Positions 1 to 11,564 of a DNA stretch of 64,000 bases are shown one piece after another. Every line of letters starts with the position of its first letter. Position 1 is the stretch's first letter. Made by a program: the position numbers and the translations under genes. Source of the DNA: an uncultured Gammaproteobacteria bacterium (GTDB taxonomy: Bacteria; Pseudomonadota; Gammaproteobacteria; Eutrophobiales; Eutrophobiaceae); contig CALSOP010000002.1 of the NCBI GenBank assembly GCA_943788005.1, positions 338,573 to 402,572 of the forward strand, in the 5' to 3' direction. Under the pieces are notes generated by a model. The model was not told the DNA's origin. It was given only the letters and a program-made list of their open reading frames with translations, and searched no databases.

Positions 1-2522
1 CGATCCTCTTTTACTAATCTTTCAGAGAGTAAAATAGAATCCTCGAAGTTATACCCATTCCAAGGCATGAACGCGACCATCATGTTTTGACCCAAGGCCA
101 ATTCACCCATATCCGTTGAAGGACCGTCGGCTAAAACATCGCCTTTGGCAACTTGGTCACCTGGCTTCACTAATGGTTTTTGATTAATACAGGTATTTTG
201 ATTTGAGCGTGTGTATTTGATTAGGTTATAAATGTCGACACCTGGTTCACCCGCAACAACTTCGTCATCATTAACTCGAACAACAATTCGACTAGCATCG
301 ACAGAGTCCACAATGCCACCACGTTCAGAAATAACCGTTACGCCTGAGTCAATCGCGACTCTTCTTTCCATACCAGTACCAACCAATGGCTTGTCAGCTC
401 TTAAAGTCGGAACTGCCTGACGTTGCATGTTTGAACCCATCAACGCTCGGTTCGCATCATCATGCTCAAGGAAAGGAATCATTGATGCTGCAACCGAAAC
501 AATTTGTCGCGGAGAAACATCCATATAATTAACCTTATCTGGTGTAGACATAGCAAACTCATTACGGTGTCTACAAGACACAAGTTCATCCGTTAACTTC
601 TCTTTCGCATCGATTGTGGCGCTAGCCTGTGCAATGACAAAGTCACCTTCTTCGATCGCTGAAAGATATTCTATTTCATCAGTTACTTTTGAATCGACAA
701 CCTTACGGTAAGGCGTTTCAAGAAACCCATAGCTATTAGTCCTTGCATAAACAGCCAATGAATTAATTAATCCAATGTTAGGTCCTTCTGGCGTTTCAAT
801 TGGGCAAACACGACCATAATGCGTTGGATGTACATCGCGAACTTCAAAACCAGCACGTTCCCGTGTCAAACCACCAGGTCCAAGAGCCGAAATTCGTCGC
901 TTGTGCGTAATCTCTGATAGAGGATTGTTTTGATCCATAAACTGAGATAGCTGGCTCGAACCAAAAAATTCTTTAATGACAGCTGAAACTGGCTTAGCGT
1001 TGATTATTTCTTGTGGCATCAAGCCTTCGGATTCAGCCAAACTCAAACGTTCTTTAACTGCACGCTCAACCCTGACAAGTCCAACACGGAATTGATTTTC
1101 CGCCATTTCGCCTACACTACGTATACGTCTATTACCAAGATGATCGATATCATCGATAATGCCCTTACCATTACGAATGTCCAACAAGACCTTCACCACA
1201 GCAACGATGTCGTCATTTGAAAGGACACCTTCACCTTCTACTTCTTTACGGCCAACTCGACGATTAAACTTCATCCGACCAACGGCAGAAAGGTCATAGC
1301 GATCTGGACTAAAAAACAAGTTCTTGAATAAGTTTTCAGCAGCATCTTTTGTCGGTGGTTCACCAGGGCGCATCATTCGATAAATTTCTACCTGAGCTTC
1401 CAATTGATTGGTGCTCGGATCATCGCGTAATGTGTCTGCAATAAAAGGTCCCGCATCTAGGTCATTTGTATAGATAGTCTCTATCTCAAGACCAGCAGGA
1501 AGCTCAAGAATCTCGGCAAGTAATTCTTCAGTGATTTCAGTATTCGCCGTAGCGATGGGCATTATTTCACCCGTTTTTTCGTCTACCGCTTGACCCGAGA
1601 TTTCTTTAGAAATGACTTTACCAATCAGGAATTCAGCCGGCACAGTTAATGTGGTCAAACCTGCTTTTTCAATTTCTCGAATATGGCGCGCGGTAATACG
1701 TCGTTCTTGTTCGACAATAACCTTGCCTTTTTTGTCTGCGATATCAAATGATGCAGTTTCACCACGCAAGCGATCTGGAACTAGATCCAGCGTAATTCCC
1801 TTTTTAGTAAACTTGAATTTATCTGTATCAAAGAAAATATCAAGTATTTCTTCGGTCGTGTAACCCAATGCACGCAACAAGATCGTGGCATGGATCTTAC
1901 GTCTACGATCGATTCGACAATAAACAAGATCTTTTGCATCGAACTCAAAATCCAACCATGATCCACGGTAAGGTATGACGCGTGCTGAATAAAGTAATTT
2001 ACCTGATGAATGCGTTTTACCTTTGTCATGTTCAAAAAATACGCCAGGCGAACGATGCATCTGCGAGACTATAACGCGTTCTGTACCATTAATAACGAAG
2101 GTACCGGTACGAGTCATTAATGGCATCTCACCCATGTACACTTCTTGTTCTTTAATATCTTTTACGACCTTATTATTAAGCCCGGCTTCTTTATCGTAAA
2201 TAATAAGACGAACCTTAACGCGCAATGATGAAGCGTAGGTTAAGCCTCTTAACTGACATTCTTTAACATCAAAAACAGGAGTTCCTAGCTTGTAACTAAC
2301 ATATTCTAAAGCCGCATTACCAGAAAAACTGGTGATAGGAAAAACAGATTTAAACGCAGCTTGCAAGCCAACATCTGTTCGATCCTCAGGCTTAGCATCA
2401 ACTTGTATAAATTGATTGAATGACTCGATCTGAGTCGCAACTAAATAGGGAACCTCTAAGATACTAGGACGTTTTCCGAAATCCTTACGAATACGTCTTT
2501 TTTCAGTATAGGAATAGGCCAT
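1..2522 (-). CDS. rpoB: DNA-directed RNA polymerase beta subunit, N-terminal ~840 aa (gene continues past window start)
   Basis: Minus-strand frame opens with [27 protein letters not shown] at 2522. Continuous conserved RpoB sequence to position 1. Lies downstream of rplL as in the canonical operon. Confidence 0.95.
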   Translation of the reverse strand, partial: MAYSYTEKRRIRKDFGKRPSILEVPYLVATQIESFNQFIQVDAKPEDRTDVGLQAAFKSVFPITSFSGNAALEYVSYKLGTPVFDVKECQLRGLTYASSLRVKVRLIIYDKEAGLNNKVVKDIKEQEVYMGEMPLMTRTGTFVINGTERVIVSQMHRSPGVFFEHDKGKTHSSGKLLYSARVIPYRGSWLDFEFDAKDLVYCRIDRRRKIHATILLRALGYTTEEILDIFFDTDKFKFTKKGITLDLVPDRLRGETASFDIADKKGKVIVEQERRITARHIREIEKAGLTTLTVPAEFLIGKVISKEISGQAVDEKTGEIMPIATANTEITEELLAEILELPAGLEIETIYTNDLDAGPFIADTLRDDPSTNQLEAQVEIYRMMRPGEPPTKDAAENLFKNLFFSPDRYDLSAVGRMKFNRRVGRKEVEGEGVLSNDDIVAVVKVLLDIRNGKGIIDDIDHLGNRRIRSVGEMAENQFRVGLVRVERAVKERLSLAESEGLMPQEIINAKPVSAVIKEFFGSSQLSQFMDQNNPLSEITHKRRISALGPGGLTRERAGFEVRDVHPTHYGRVCPIETPEGPNIGLINSLAVYARTNSYGFLETPYRKVVDSKVTDEIEYLSAIEEGDFVIAQASATIDAKEKLTDELVSCRHRNEFAMSTPDKVNYMDVSPRQIVSVAASMIPFLEHDDANRALMGSNMQRQAVPTLRADKPLVGTGMERRVAIDSGVTVISERGGIVDSVDASRIVVRVNDDEVVAGEPGVDIYNLIKYTRSNQNTCINQKPLVKPGDQVAKGDVLADGPSTDMGELALGQNMMVAFMPWNGYNFEDSILLSERLVKED

Positions 2523-2631
2523 TACAATTCCTCATCGTGTTTGTGCGAAAGAGTTCTATAGCAGAGACGATCTCTGCCTGATAATCCTTACACATAAATA
2601 ATTTAAACCGGGTGATATCAATAAGCGCAAC

Positions 2632-2665
2632 AAACCAACAGGCAACTATTGCTGCCTGTTGGTTT
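2632..2665 (-). terminator. rplL-rpoB intergenic hairpin, attenuator-like
   Basis: 13-bp perfect inverted repeat aaaccaacaggca / tgcctgttggttt with an 8-nt loop, followed on the transcribed strand by a U-rich tract. Position matches the known partial terminator between rplL and rpoB. Confidence 0.5.
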
Positions 2666-2697
2666 CGCTTTAAGTTTTTTAAGCGCTGCAATTGAAA

Positions 2698-3075
2698 TTA
2701 TTTAACTTCAACAGCTGCACCAGCTTCTTCAAGCTGCTTTTTAACTTCCTCTGACTCGTCTTTGCTAACACCTTCTTTAACTGGTGCAGGTGCACTCTCA
2801 ACAAGATCTTTTGCTTCTTTCAGGCCAAGACCTGTAATTGCGCGAACTGCTTTAATAACAGCGACCTTATTTTCTCCAAAGCTCGTCATAACCACATCGA
2901 ACTCAGTCTTCTCTTCAGCTGCACCAGCATCACCGCCAGCAGCAGCAGCAGCTACAGCAACAGGCGCTGCCGCAGACACACCCCATTCGTCTTCAAGCTC
3001 TTTGATTAAATCAACGAGTTCTAGCACAGGCATTTGACCTAATGCTTCTTTTATTTCTTCACGTGAAACTGCCAT
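2698..3075 (-). CDS. rplL: 50S ribosomal protein L7/L12
   Basis: [13 protein letters not shown]..., Ala-rich hinge, C-terminal TEFDV...[19 protein letters not shown] 9 nt upstream of the ATG at 3075. Confidence 0.95.
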   Translation of the reverse strand: MAVSREEIKEALGQMPVLELVDLIKELEDEWGVSAAAPVAVAAAAAGGDAGAAEEKTEFDVVMTSFGENKVAVIKAVRAITGLGLKEAKDLVESAPAPVKEGVSKDESEEVKKQLEEAGAAVEVK

Positions 3076-3126
3076 TTTAAAATCCTCCAAAAATAAAACT
3101 AAACTGATATAAAGATTATTGTCGTA

Positions 3127-3654
3127 TTACGCTGCTTGTTGCTTATCACGTTGCGCAGCAAGAACTCTGGCTAATTTAGCCGGTGGTTCCGCTAGCGTAC
3201 GCACAAACTTACCAAGCGGTGCAGACAGTAACCCAAGTAACATAGCGCGTGCTTCATCAAGCGATGGCATACTAGCGAGCCTGCCGAGTTCAGATGTCTC
3301 TAAAAGATTCCCATCCAACGCAACAAGTTTTACTACTAGTTTGTCATTTTCCTTTGCAAAATCGCGAACGACTCGTGCCGCACTTCCGGGTTCATCACCT
3401 GAAAATGCCAACACTAAGGGCCCGACCATGCCTTCACGCATACATTCAAATTGTGTATTTTCGAATGCACGACGCGCCAGCGTGTTGCGTACCACTCTAA
3501 GGTACACACCCGCTTCACGCGCAGCGTTACGCAGTTCAGTCATTTGAGCCACCGATAAACCGTGATACTCGGCCGCGATTGCAGAAGGAGCCTCCGCCGC
3601 AACACCAGCAATCTCTTCAACGATTGCTTTTTTTGCATTTAGATTAAGACTCAC
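3127..3654 (-). CDS. rplJ: 50S ribosomal protein L10
   Basis: 175-aa ORF with L10-like sequence immediately upstream of rplL. Confidence 0.9.
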   Translation of the reverse strand: MSLNLNAKKAIVEEIAGVAAEAPSAIAAEYHGLSVAQMTELRNAAREAGVYLRVVRNTLARRAFENTQFECMREGMVGPLVLAFSGDEPGSAARVVRDFAKENDKLVVKLVALDGNLLETSELGRLASMPSLDEARAMLLGLLSAPLGKFVRTLAEPPAKLARVLAAQRDKQQAA

Positions 3655-3938
3655 TCTTCGCCTCCTGTTAAGTTAAATATGGTTTTAATACCATACCTTT
3701 ACTAAAAAGCTTGCCTTCACTTTACGCTCGGGCAAACCGGTTAACGGTGACAAACACAGAGTATTCTGTGAGTGTGATTACACCGTCTGCGTAGGTAATT
3801 TTAGTACATTAAGACGCCCAAAAAGAGTGTCACCTACGGTCTTTGACGTCCTGACAGTTTTACTGTCAGTTACAAAGTCTTTAAAAACGTTAATAGCAAA
3901 ATATTTGCTAAGATCGTTCTAATTTAAATAATTATTTA
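3655..3938 (-). promoter_or_regulatory. rplJ leader (expected L10-L12 autoregulatory leader region)
   Basis: ~280-nt non-coding gap between rplA and rplJ, as in the conserved rplKAJL organisation. Assigned by position only. Confidence 0.35.
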
Positions 3939-4634
3939 CTAATCTGACAAGCTAGCCTGATCAACCAGAACTCCTGGCCCCATTGTTGTTGAGATGCTTA
4001 ACTTGCCCAGATAAATACCTTTAGCTGAGCTTGGCTTAGCTTTTTTCAAATCGTTTAATAATGAGTGTAGGTTTTCAATCAGTGAGTCAACGTCAAACGA
4101 AACCTTACCGATTGTGCAATGAATAATGCCATTCTTATCAGTTCTATAACGAACTTGACCACCCTTCGCATTTTCAACGGCTTGTTTTACGTCATTGGTA
4201 ACCGTTCCCACTTTAGGGTTTGGCATCAATCCACGAGGACCTAAAACTTTACCAAGCTTACCTACTACAGGCATTGCATCAGGTGTCGCAATCACAACGC
4301 CATAATCTATATCGCCTTTTGTCATTGCTTCGGCTAAATCTTCAAAGCCAACTGCATCAGCACCAGCGGCCTCAGCTGCTTTTGCATTTTCACCTTGTGC
4401 AAAAACGGCAACCTTTACTGTTTTTCCGGTGCCCTTAGGCAATACAGTCGAACCACGAACCTGTTGATCCGATTTACGGGCATCAACACCCAGATTTACT
4501 GCAACGTCTACAGATTCATCAAACTTTACCGATGAGATATCTTTTAATAATTCTAAAGCATCTTTTACCGGGTAATATTTACCTAGCTCGATCTTGTCTT
4601 GATACGATTTTATTCGTTTAGTTAATTTTGCCAT
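3939..4634 (-). CDS. rplA: 50S ribosomal protein L1
   Basis: 231 aa, MAKLTKRIK..., conserved L1 sequence. Confidence 0.95.
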   Translation of the reverse strand: MAKLTKRIKSYQDKIELGKYYPVKDALELLKDISSVKFDESVDVAVNLGVDARKSDQQVRGSTVLPKGTGKTVKVAVFAQGENAKAAEAAGADAVGFEDLAEAMTKGDIDYGVVIATPDAMPVVGKLGKVLGPRGLMPNPKVGTVTNDVKQAVENAKGGQVRYRTDKNGIIHCTIGKVSFDVDSLIENLHSLLNDLKKAKPSSAKGIYLGKLSISTTMGPGVLVDQASLSD

Positions 4635-4636
4635 GA

Positions 4637-5071
4637 CTAAACCACTCCCTCTGTCTCTATACCCATACTACGAGCAGTACCCGCAATTGTTCTAACAGCG
4701 GCGTCTAGATCGGCAGCAGTCAAATCAGCATCTTTAGTCTTTGCAATCTCTTCCAATTGAGCACGAGTCACCTTACCAACCTTGTTACTATTTGGTGTGC
4801 CACTGCCGCTTTTGATACCCGCCGCTTTTTTCAATAAAATTGCGGCTGGTGTGGTTTTACTGACAAAGGTAAAGCTTTTGTCGGCATACACTGTGATAAT
4901 GACTGGAACGGCTATTCCGGGTTCCAAACTTTGAGTTTGTGCATTGAATGCCTTGCAGAACTCCATGATATTGACACCATGCTGCCCTAACGCAGGACCA
5001 ACAGGCGGACTAGGATTTGCCTGACCTGCAGGCACCTGTAACTTTATATAACCATCAATTTTCTTGGCCAC
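4637..5071 (-). CDS. rplK: 50S ribosomal protein L11
   Basis: ...[43 protein letters not shown]. Likely GTG start at 5071 preceded by an AAGGAG RBS. Confidence 0.9.
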   Translation of the reverse strand: MAKKIDGYIKLQVPAGQANPSPPVGPALGQHGVNIMEFCKAFNAQTQSLEPGIAVPVIITVYADKSFTFVSKTTPAAILLKKAAGIKSGSGTPNSNKVGKVTRAQLEEIAKTKDADLTAADLDAAVRTIAGTARSMGIETEGVV

Positions 5072-5134
5072 AGCCTTTCTCCTTGGGTGCAAACGCCTTG
5101 CGGCTCCCCGTTAACGAATCAAAACGATAAAAAA

Positions 5135-5665
5135 CTATTCTTTTTCTACTTGGTCGAACTCAAGCTCAACCGGGGTAGATCGCCCAAATATTAAAACAGA
5201 TACTCGCAACCGACTTTTTTCGTAATTCACTTCTTCAACAACACCATTGAAATCAGTAAATGGGCCATCTTTAACTCGCACAACTTCGCCAGGCTCAAAC
5301 AATATTTTTGGCCTTGGTTTATCAACGCCTTCTTCAACACGTTGTAATATTGCGTTCGCTTCCTTTTCACTAATTGGTGCAGGTCTATCACTGGTACCAC
5401 CAATAAAACCCAACACCTTTGGTGCTTCTTTCACCAAGTGCCAGGTATCATCATTCATTTCCATTTTGACCAAAACATATCCAGGGAAAAACTTGCGATC
5501 ACTTTTACGTTTTTTTCCATTGCGCATCTCAACTACTTCTTCTGTTGGCACAAGTATTTCGCCAAACATTTCGTCAAGCCCACTACGCTCAATTCGTTCC
5601 TGTAATGAGCGCATTACCTGGTTTTCAAAACCTGAATACGCATGCACTACATACCAATTCTGCGC
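5135..5665 (-). CDS. nusG: transcription termination/antitermination factor NusG
   Basis: [15 protein letters not shown]... N-terminal NGN domain and C-terminal KOW ([21 protein letters not shown]). Confidence 0.95.
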   Translation of the reverse strand, partial: AQNWYVVHAYSGFENQVMRSLQERIERSGLDEMFGEILVPTEEVVEMRNGKKRKSDRKFFPGYVLVKMEMNDDTWHLVKEAPKVLGFIGGTSDRPAPISEKEANAILQRVEEGVDKPRPKILFEPGEVVRVKDGPFTDFNGVVEEVNYEKSRLRVSVLIFGRSTPVELEFDQVEKE

Positions 5666-5669
5666 CATT

Positions 5670-6047
5670 CTAACCCCCATGCCCCATCAACGAACCAATC
5701 GACCAGCCTAGAAACATATCCAGTAACCATAAGATTATCGCTACTAAAATAACCATAATTATTACGATCAAGGTCGTTTGCACTGTTTCCTGGCGTGTCG
5801 GCCATACAACTTTGCGAACTTCTATCTGTGCATCTTGAAAATAGCCCCAAGTATGCCTGCCTTTTTCTGTCTGTAACGCTATAGCAACACTAACTCCTGC
5901 GGCAGCAAGTAATCCAAGCACCCGGTATAGCAATGATTGATCAGCAAAAAAGTAAAAGCCGACCAAAGCCGCTATAGCAATCAACAAGGCCAAGCCAAGC
6001 TTGATTGTATCCAGTGTTCCACTGGTAGTTTCAACATTTGAGTTCAT
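5670..6047 (-). CDS. secE: preprotein translocase subunit SecE
   Basis: 125-aa membrane protein upstream of and overlapping nusG. Canonical secE-nusG arrangement. Confidence 0.85.
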   Translation of the reverse strand: MNSNVETTSGTLDTIKLGLALLIAIAALVGFYFFADQSLLYRVLGLLAAAGVSVAIALQTEKGRHTWGYFQDAQIEVRKVVWPTRQETVQTTLIVIIMVILVAIILWLLDMFLGWSIGSLMGHGG

Positions 6048-6086
6048 AAGTGTCTTACATTTAGTCCTAGGCCATTATTTAACTAA

Positions 6087-6162
6087 TGGCAGGCCAGGAG
6101 GGAATCGAACCCCCAACCTGCGGTTTTGGAGACCGCCGCTCTGCCAATTGAGCTACTGGCCT
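6087..6162 (-). tRNA. tRNA-Trp (CCA)
   Basis: Reverse complement folds as a cloverleaf with anticodon loop CTCCAAA and a 3' CCA. Sits between tuf and secE as in E. coli. Confidence 0.9.
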
Positions 6163-6191
6163 ATAATTTAATTCAAATAATTTGCCTGACG

Positions 6192-7386
6192 TTACTCAAT
6201 AATTTTAGAAACAACGCCAGCACCTACCGTGCGACCGCCTTCTCGTATTGCAAAACGTAAGCCTTCTTCCATCGCAATCGGGTTAATCAACTTAACCGTT
6301 ACTTTGACGTTGTCGCCCGGCATGACCATCTCGGTACCGTCATGGCAATTCCATCGCACCCGTCACATCTGTTGTGCGGAAGTAAAACTGCGGACGGTAG
6401 TTGTTGAAGAATGGCGTATGTCGGCCACCTTCATCTTTACTCAACACATAAATCTCAGCTTCAAAATGCGTGTGTGGCGTGATTGAACCCGGTTTACATA
6501 ACACCTGTCCACGCTCCACTTCTTCGCGCTTGGTACCACGCAGTAAGACACCTACGTTGTCACCCGCTTGTCCTTCATCCAACAACTTACGGAACATCTC
6601 TACACCCGTACACGTCGTCGTCTGGGTATCTTTAATACCCACAATCTCAATTTCTTCACCCACTTTAACAATCCCGCGTCTCAACTCGACCGGTCACAAC
6701 CGTGCCGCGACCGAGATAGAGAACACATCTTCTATCGGCATCAAAAAGGGCTGGTCTACAGGACGTTCTGGCAGTCGGAATAGTAGTCGTCCATCGCCGC
6801 AACCAGCTTCTCAATTGAGGGAATACCGATATCCGACTGTGTCCCCTTCAATTGCTTTTAAGCGCTGACCAGTGATGATTGGCGTGTCGTCGCCTGGGAA
6901 ATCGTATGATCCAATAATTCACGCACTTCCATTTCAACCAACTCTAATAATTCTGCATCATCAACCTGATCTGCCTTGTTCAGGTAAACCACGATAAAGG
7001 CACACCGACTTGGCGTGACAGTAATATGTGCTCACGGGTTTGTGGCATCGGGCCATCTGCTGCTGACTACAGACCAATATAGCACCGTCCATCTGCGCCG
7101 CACCCGTGATCATGTTTTTCACATAATCCGCGTGTCCCGGGCAGTCAACGTGGGCGTAGTGACGCTCGTCACTTTCATATTCCACGTGAGCAGTTGCGAT
7201 GGTAATTCCACGTTCGCGTTCTTCTGGCGCATTATCAATCTGATCATAGGCCTTTGCTTCACCACCGTGCTTTTCCGTCATCACTTTCGTGATTGCCGCC
7301 GTCAAGGTCGTCTTACCATGATCGACATGGCCTATCGTGCCGACGTTTATATGCGGTTTCGTGCGTTCAAATTTTTCCTTGGACAC
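6192..7386 (-). pseudogene. tuf: elongation factor Tu at the tufB position, frame broken by at least 5 indels
   Basis: N-terminus [32 protein letters not shown]... is intact up to ...AILV. Recognisable EF-Tu peptide then continues across all three frames ([58 protein letters not shown], ...[15 protein letters not shown], ...[15 protein letters not shown]). Span is 1195 nt rather than 1194. Confidence 0.85.
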
Positions 7387-7445
7387 GGCTCATTACCTCT
7401 TCAATATATTTAGTTAGTAATAAAAATTAATTAAAACTCAAATAG

Positions 7446-7521
<76 letters not shown>

Positions 7522-7600
7522 AAATAAACCAGTTTCAGCTACCTCGCCAATACATCCGACAATCTGAATAATGCTTTATACACCTGTAGATGTTATTTAT

Positions 7601-7675
7601 TGGAGCGGGTGATGGGAATCGAACCCACGTGTTCAGCTTGGAAGGCTGACGTTCTACCATTGAACTACACCCGCC
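7601..7675 (-). tRNA. tRNA-Gly (UCC)
   Basis: Anticodon loop CTTCCAA, 3' CCA. Confidence 0.9.
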
Positions 7676-7818
7676 AAATATCACATCACCCATTTGCTAT
7701 CAATCTTCAATTGACAGATTTACCTCGCATCTTTCACTTTCGTCGAATCTGGCACTTCAAAAATACCATTACTCTAAAAACCTACTACACTTACTGCAAT
7801 CCACAATAAATTTTATTT

Positions 7819-7903
7819 TGGTGGAGGGGGTAGGATTCGAACCTACGAAGGCTGAGCCAACAGATTTACAGTCTGCCCTCGTTGACCGCTTGAGTACCCC
7901 TCC
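7819..7903 (-). tRNA. tRNA-Tyr (GUA), long variable arm
   Basis: Anticodon loop CTGTAAA, 85 nt with an extended variable arm typical of tRNA-Tyr, 3' CCA. Confidence 0.9.
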
Positions 7904-7966
7904 AAAATTCAGCCGGCTATTCTGGAATAATCATTAACCGCTGTCAACACTCGTATTATCAATAAT

Positions 7967-8521
7967 TTAGCTTACTCGAATAATATTGCCGTTTTGAGCG
8001 TCTCTTATCTCTGTTGGGTTCAAATTATTTTTGATATCTGCAGGAATTACATAATCAAGGTCTGCTCCAAAATAAGAGAGCACCTCCTGTGTGGTGACGG
8101 CGGGCTTAGAACCTGCGGGGTTTGCACTTGTAGAGACGATGGGACCCAACTCACGACATAATGCATTTACAGTCGGATGAGAACTCACCCTAACAGCCAA
8201 TGTTTTATGTGTACCCGTCAGCCAAATCGGCGTCTCTTTTTTGGCTGGGATCAGCCAAGTCACCGGTCCCGGCCAACTATCACGTATCTGATCTATCGTA
8301 GTTAAGCTATCTAAATGCACATAGTCTTCTAGCTGTTCGATGGATGAAGCAACCAATATCAATCCTTTTTCGATATCCCGGTGCTTTAATTGCAGAATTC
8401 GATATACAGAATCTTGAATAAGAGGCAGACAACCTAAGCCAAAAACAGCTTCGGTTGGGTAGGCAATTACGCCACCTTTTTTAAAGGCATTTATTGCATG
8501 CTTCAAATGCGATGAATTCAT
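7967..8521 (-). CDS. tsaC: L-threonylcarbamoyladenylate synthase (YrdC/TsaC family)
   Basis: 184 aa with the GGVIAYPTEAVFGLGC and STSANPAG motifs of the YrdC/Sua5 fold. Confidence 0.85.
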   Translation of the reverse strand: MNSSHLKHAINAFKKGGVIAYPTEAVFGLGCLPLIQDSVYRILQLKHRDIEKGLILVASSIEQLEDYVHLDSLTTIDQIRDSWPGPVTWLIPAKKETPIWLTGTHKTLAVRVSSHPTVNALCRELGPIVSTSANPAGSKPAVTTQEVLSYFGADLDYVIPADIKNNLNPTEIRDAQNGNIIRVS

Positions 8522-8558
8522 CTGAAGTAGATAAGTCGTCGAAGTGGTGATTTATCAA

Positions 8559-10973
8559 CTAGCTAGCTTTACTAGCCGTCTTTTTTGTGGCTTTCTTTTT
8601 GCTAGCTTTATTTTTGCTAGTCTTTTTCTTAACCGCAGCTTTTTTGCTTACTTTCTTTTTTGCAGCGGCCTTCTTCTTACGACCACGACCACGAGAGACC
8701 GGAGCTGCGGCTAATAAAGTGATACATTCTTCTAATTCCAATGAGGCAGGTTCTCTGTCTTTAGGCACTTTAGCATTCTTAGTACCGTCAGTAATATAGG
8801 GTCCGTAACGTCCATTTAGTATTGATATCCCTTGTTCGACAAATATCTTAATCTGCTTTTCTGCATCCGCCTTTTTCTTTTCTGCTACAAGTTCAAGCGC
8901 TCGTTCAAATGTAACTGTATACGGGTCTTCTTCTTTTGGAAGTGAAGCAAATTTACTACCGTATCGAATATAGGGTCCAAAACGGCCAACACTGGCTGCA
9001 ACTTCCTCACCTTCTTCAGTGTCACCAAGTATTCTTGGTAATTTGAATAACTCCAGCGCTTCTTCGAATGTGATGCTATCTAATTTCTGTCCTGGTCTTA
9101 GCCCGGCAAACTTAGGTTTGTCTTCATCATCCTTCGTGCCTATTTGGGCATAAGGACCATATCGGCCAATTCGTACGGAGACTTCTTTCCCTGATTTTGG
9201 GTGCGCGCCTAATACCCTTGCTTGCGCGACTTCACTACGACTCACATTTTCATCTATATCTAAAACTTGAGTATGAAAAGGCGTCCAAAAGTCTTGCAGC
9301 AATGGGATCCAGTCTTTCTCACCTCTGGAAATCGCATCTAAATCATCTTCAAACTTGGCAGTAAATTCATAATCCACATAGTCCTTGAAATGGTTAGTCA
9401 GAAAATCATTCACTATTTTGCCCACATCGGTAGGGTGAAAACGTTTGTTTTCTACCTCTACATATTCTCTGTTTCTAAGCGTGGATATGATATTGGCATA
9501 AGTTGATGGTCGACCAATTCCATATTCTTCAAGTGATTTCACCAAACTCGCTTCAGAATAACGTGGTGGTGGTTCAGTAAAATGTTGTTCATCGCGTATC
9601 TCTTTTAATTTTATTTTTTCGCCTTCTTCTATCTGGGGTAACATTTTTTCATCTTCATCCCCTTTAGAATCATCCTTGCCTTCAAGATAGACTGCCATAA
9701 AACCTGCATCAGCAATGGCAGACCCATTGGCTCGAAATAAATTTCCTTGTCCACATGACATATCAACCGCAACAGTATCTATCGTAGCGTGCGTCATTTG
9801 ACTCGCCATTGTTCTTTTCCAGATCAATTCATAAAGCTTGAATTGCTCTGCACTCAAACTACTTTTTATATCCTGCGGCACTCTGGTTACTGACGTTGGA
9901 CGAACGGCTTCATGTGCCTCTTGTGCGTTTTTAGATTTTGTTTTAAACACTCTGGGCTCGTCTGGCAAAGATTGCTTGCCGTATCTAGAAGATATGAAGT
10001 CGCGTATTTCGACAATAGCTTCTTGCGCGAGATTAACTGAATCTGTTCGCATATAGGTAATAAGACCAACAGCACCTTCTCCAACATCAATGCCTTCATA
10101 AAGTTGTTGTGCTGTTCGCATGGCCCGTTGAGCTGTAAACCCTAACTTGCGTACTGCTTCTTGTTGCAATGTTGAAGTTATAAATGGCGCTGCGGGTTGG
10201 CGTTTACGTTGTTTCTTTGTAACAGTTTCAACCAACAACTCACCACCAGCTGCTTTATCCAAAGTAGCTTTAACTTTTGCAGCATGATCAGTTTTCTCTA
10301 TAGTGAATTGTTTTATTTTTTCATTTTCAAACTGCGTAAGTTTGCCAAGAAAATTACTTTTTTTATGTTCCAGATCAGCTTCAATGGTCCAATATTCTCT
10401 TGGTTCAAATGCTTGTATTTCTTTTTCACGTTCAGCAATCATCCGCAAAGCTGGTGACTGAACACGACCGGCAGATAATCCTCTTTGAATTTTTTTCCAG
10501 AGTAATGGCGAAAGATTAAAGCCCACCAGGTAATCAAGTGCGCGTCGAGCTTGTTGTGCATCAATTAAATTTGAGGCTAATTCTCTCGGATGTTTAATTG
10601 CATCCTGAATCGCACTCTTGGTGACTTCATGAAATACAACTCTATGAACCTGCTTGTCTTTAAGCTCGCCTTTTTCTTTTAATAGCTCATGAAGATGCCA
10701 TGAAATGGCTTCTCCTTCTCTATCAGGGTCAGTTGCAAGATATAATGTGTCAGCTTTTTTTAAAGCTTTTGAAATGGCATCAACCGCTTTAGCATTCTTT
10801 TCAATGGCTTCATAACGCATTGAAAAATTATTTTCAGGGTCAACCGCGCCTGTTTTAGGCAAAAGATCACGGACGTGACCATACGATGCCAAAACCTTGA
10901 AATCCTTACCAAGATAACGTTCAAGTGTTTTACATTTGGCGGGAGACTCAACAATTACAAGAGAACTACTCAT
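8559..10973 (-). CDS. topA: DNA topoisomerase I with C-terminal lysine-rich tail
   Basis: 804 aa: TOPRIM N-terminus (MSSSLVIVESPAKCKTLERYLG), catalytic core, C-terminal repeat region (GRFGPYI / GRYGPYI) and a final ~45-aa K/A-rich tail. Confidence 0.95.
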   Translation of the reverse strand: MSSSLVIVESPAKCKTLERYLGKDFKVLASYGHVRDLLPKTGAVDPENNFSMRYEAIEKNAKAVDAISKALKKADTLYLATDPDREGEAISWHLHELLKEKGELKDKQVHRVVFHEVTKSAIQDAIKHPRELASNLIDAQQARRALDYLVGFNLSPLLWKKIQRGLSAGRVQSPALRMIAEREKEIQAFEPREYWTIEADLEHKKSNFLGKLTQFENEKIKQFTIEKTDHAAKVKATLDKAAGGELLVETVTKKQRKRQPAAPFITSTLQQEAVRKLGFTAQRAMRTAQQLYEGIDVGEGAVGLITYMRTDSVNLAQEAIVEIRDFISSRYGKQSLPDEPRVFKTKSKNAQEAHEAVRPTSVTRVPQDIKSSLSAEQFKLYELIWKRTMASQMTHATIDTVAVDMSCGQGNLFRANGSAIADAGFMAVYLEGKDDSKGDEDEKMLPQIEEGEKIKLKEIRDEQHFTEPPPRYSEASLVKSLEEYGIGRPSTYANIISTLRNREYVEVENKRFHPTDVGKIVNDFLTNHFKDYVDYEFTAKFEDDLDAISRGEKDWIPLLQDFWTPFHTQVLDIDENVSRSEVAQARVLGAHPKSGKEVSVRIGRYGPYAQIGTKDDEDKPKFAGLRPGQKLDSITFEEALELFKLPRILGDTEEGEEVAASVGRFGPYIRYGSKFASLPKEEDPYTVTFERALELVAEKKKADAEKQIKIFVEQGISILNGRYGPYITDGTKNAKVPKDREPASLELEECITLLAAAPVSRGRGRKKKAAAKKKVSKKAAVKKKTSKNKASKKKATKKTASKAS

Positions 10974-11060
10974 ATTTGCTAAACAATATCACTTTCTAAT
11001 TAATGAAAAAAAAGATAAAAACTTTAATGTGATGAAGATATCAAATTCTAATAAATTACA

Positions 11061-11561
11061 CTAATGAACAACAGCACTAACTTCATCCATTATAATATCT
11101 TCCATCCAGGCAAACGCAGCTTCTTTACCAGGTCGATTGAATAATACCATTAACACAACCCACTTAAGTTGCTGCAATTCTATATTGTCAGTTTCAAGTG
11201 CCATTACTCTATCGATCACAAGCTCACGATCTTCTGAATCTAGCACACCTGATTGTTCAAGGAATAACAAAAATCCTTTACATTCAACATCAAGCTTTTC
11301 ATTTTCTATCTCATTAAAAACTCTTATTGATCTGGAACAAAGTACACTAGTATCCAATACATCTTTTTGAGTCGCTAGTCCTTCTAGCCAATCAATTGCT
11401 TTATCCACCTGAAGATCGGCAAAACCAGCCTGGACTAATTGAGTTTTTAAATCTTGTTGATCAGGGTTTATTTCGAGTTCTTCTTCGACGTAATGATCAA
11501 ATAAATAAATGAGTACATCTAAAACGGTTTCTTTCATAAATTGTAATCTTCTTTTGACCAA
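11061..11561 (-). CDS. smg: Smg protein (DUF494)
   Basis: 166-aa acidic protein in the conserved smg-dprA position. Confidence 0.8.
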   Translation of the reverse strand: MVKRRLQFMKETVLDVLIYLFDHYVEEELEINPDQQDLKTQLVQAGFADLQVDKAIDWLEGLATQKDVLDTSVLCSRSIRVFNEIENEKLDVECKGFLLFLEQSGVLDSEDRELVIDRVMALETDNIELQQLKWVVLMVLFNRPGKEAAFAWMEDIIMDEVSAVVH

Positions 11562-11564
11562 TCA

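Noticed and set aside
1011-2035. Small ORFs (69-84 aa) on both strands inside rpoB
   Set aside because: Embedded in or antisense to the continuous, conserved rpoB frame.
2762-3547. Plus-strand ORFs of 91, 142 and 68 aa overlapping rplL and rplJ
   Set aside because: They lie antisense within highly conserved ribosomal protein genes, have low-complexity Ser/Ala/Thr-rich translations and no RBS. Shadow ORFs.
8587-8799. 70-aa Phe/Ala/Leu-rich ORF on the plus strand
   Set aside because: It is the antisense of the lysine-rich (AAA/AAG) tail of topA. The poly-F/L translation is a codon artefact.
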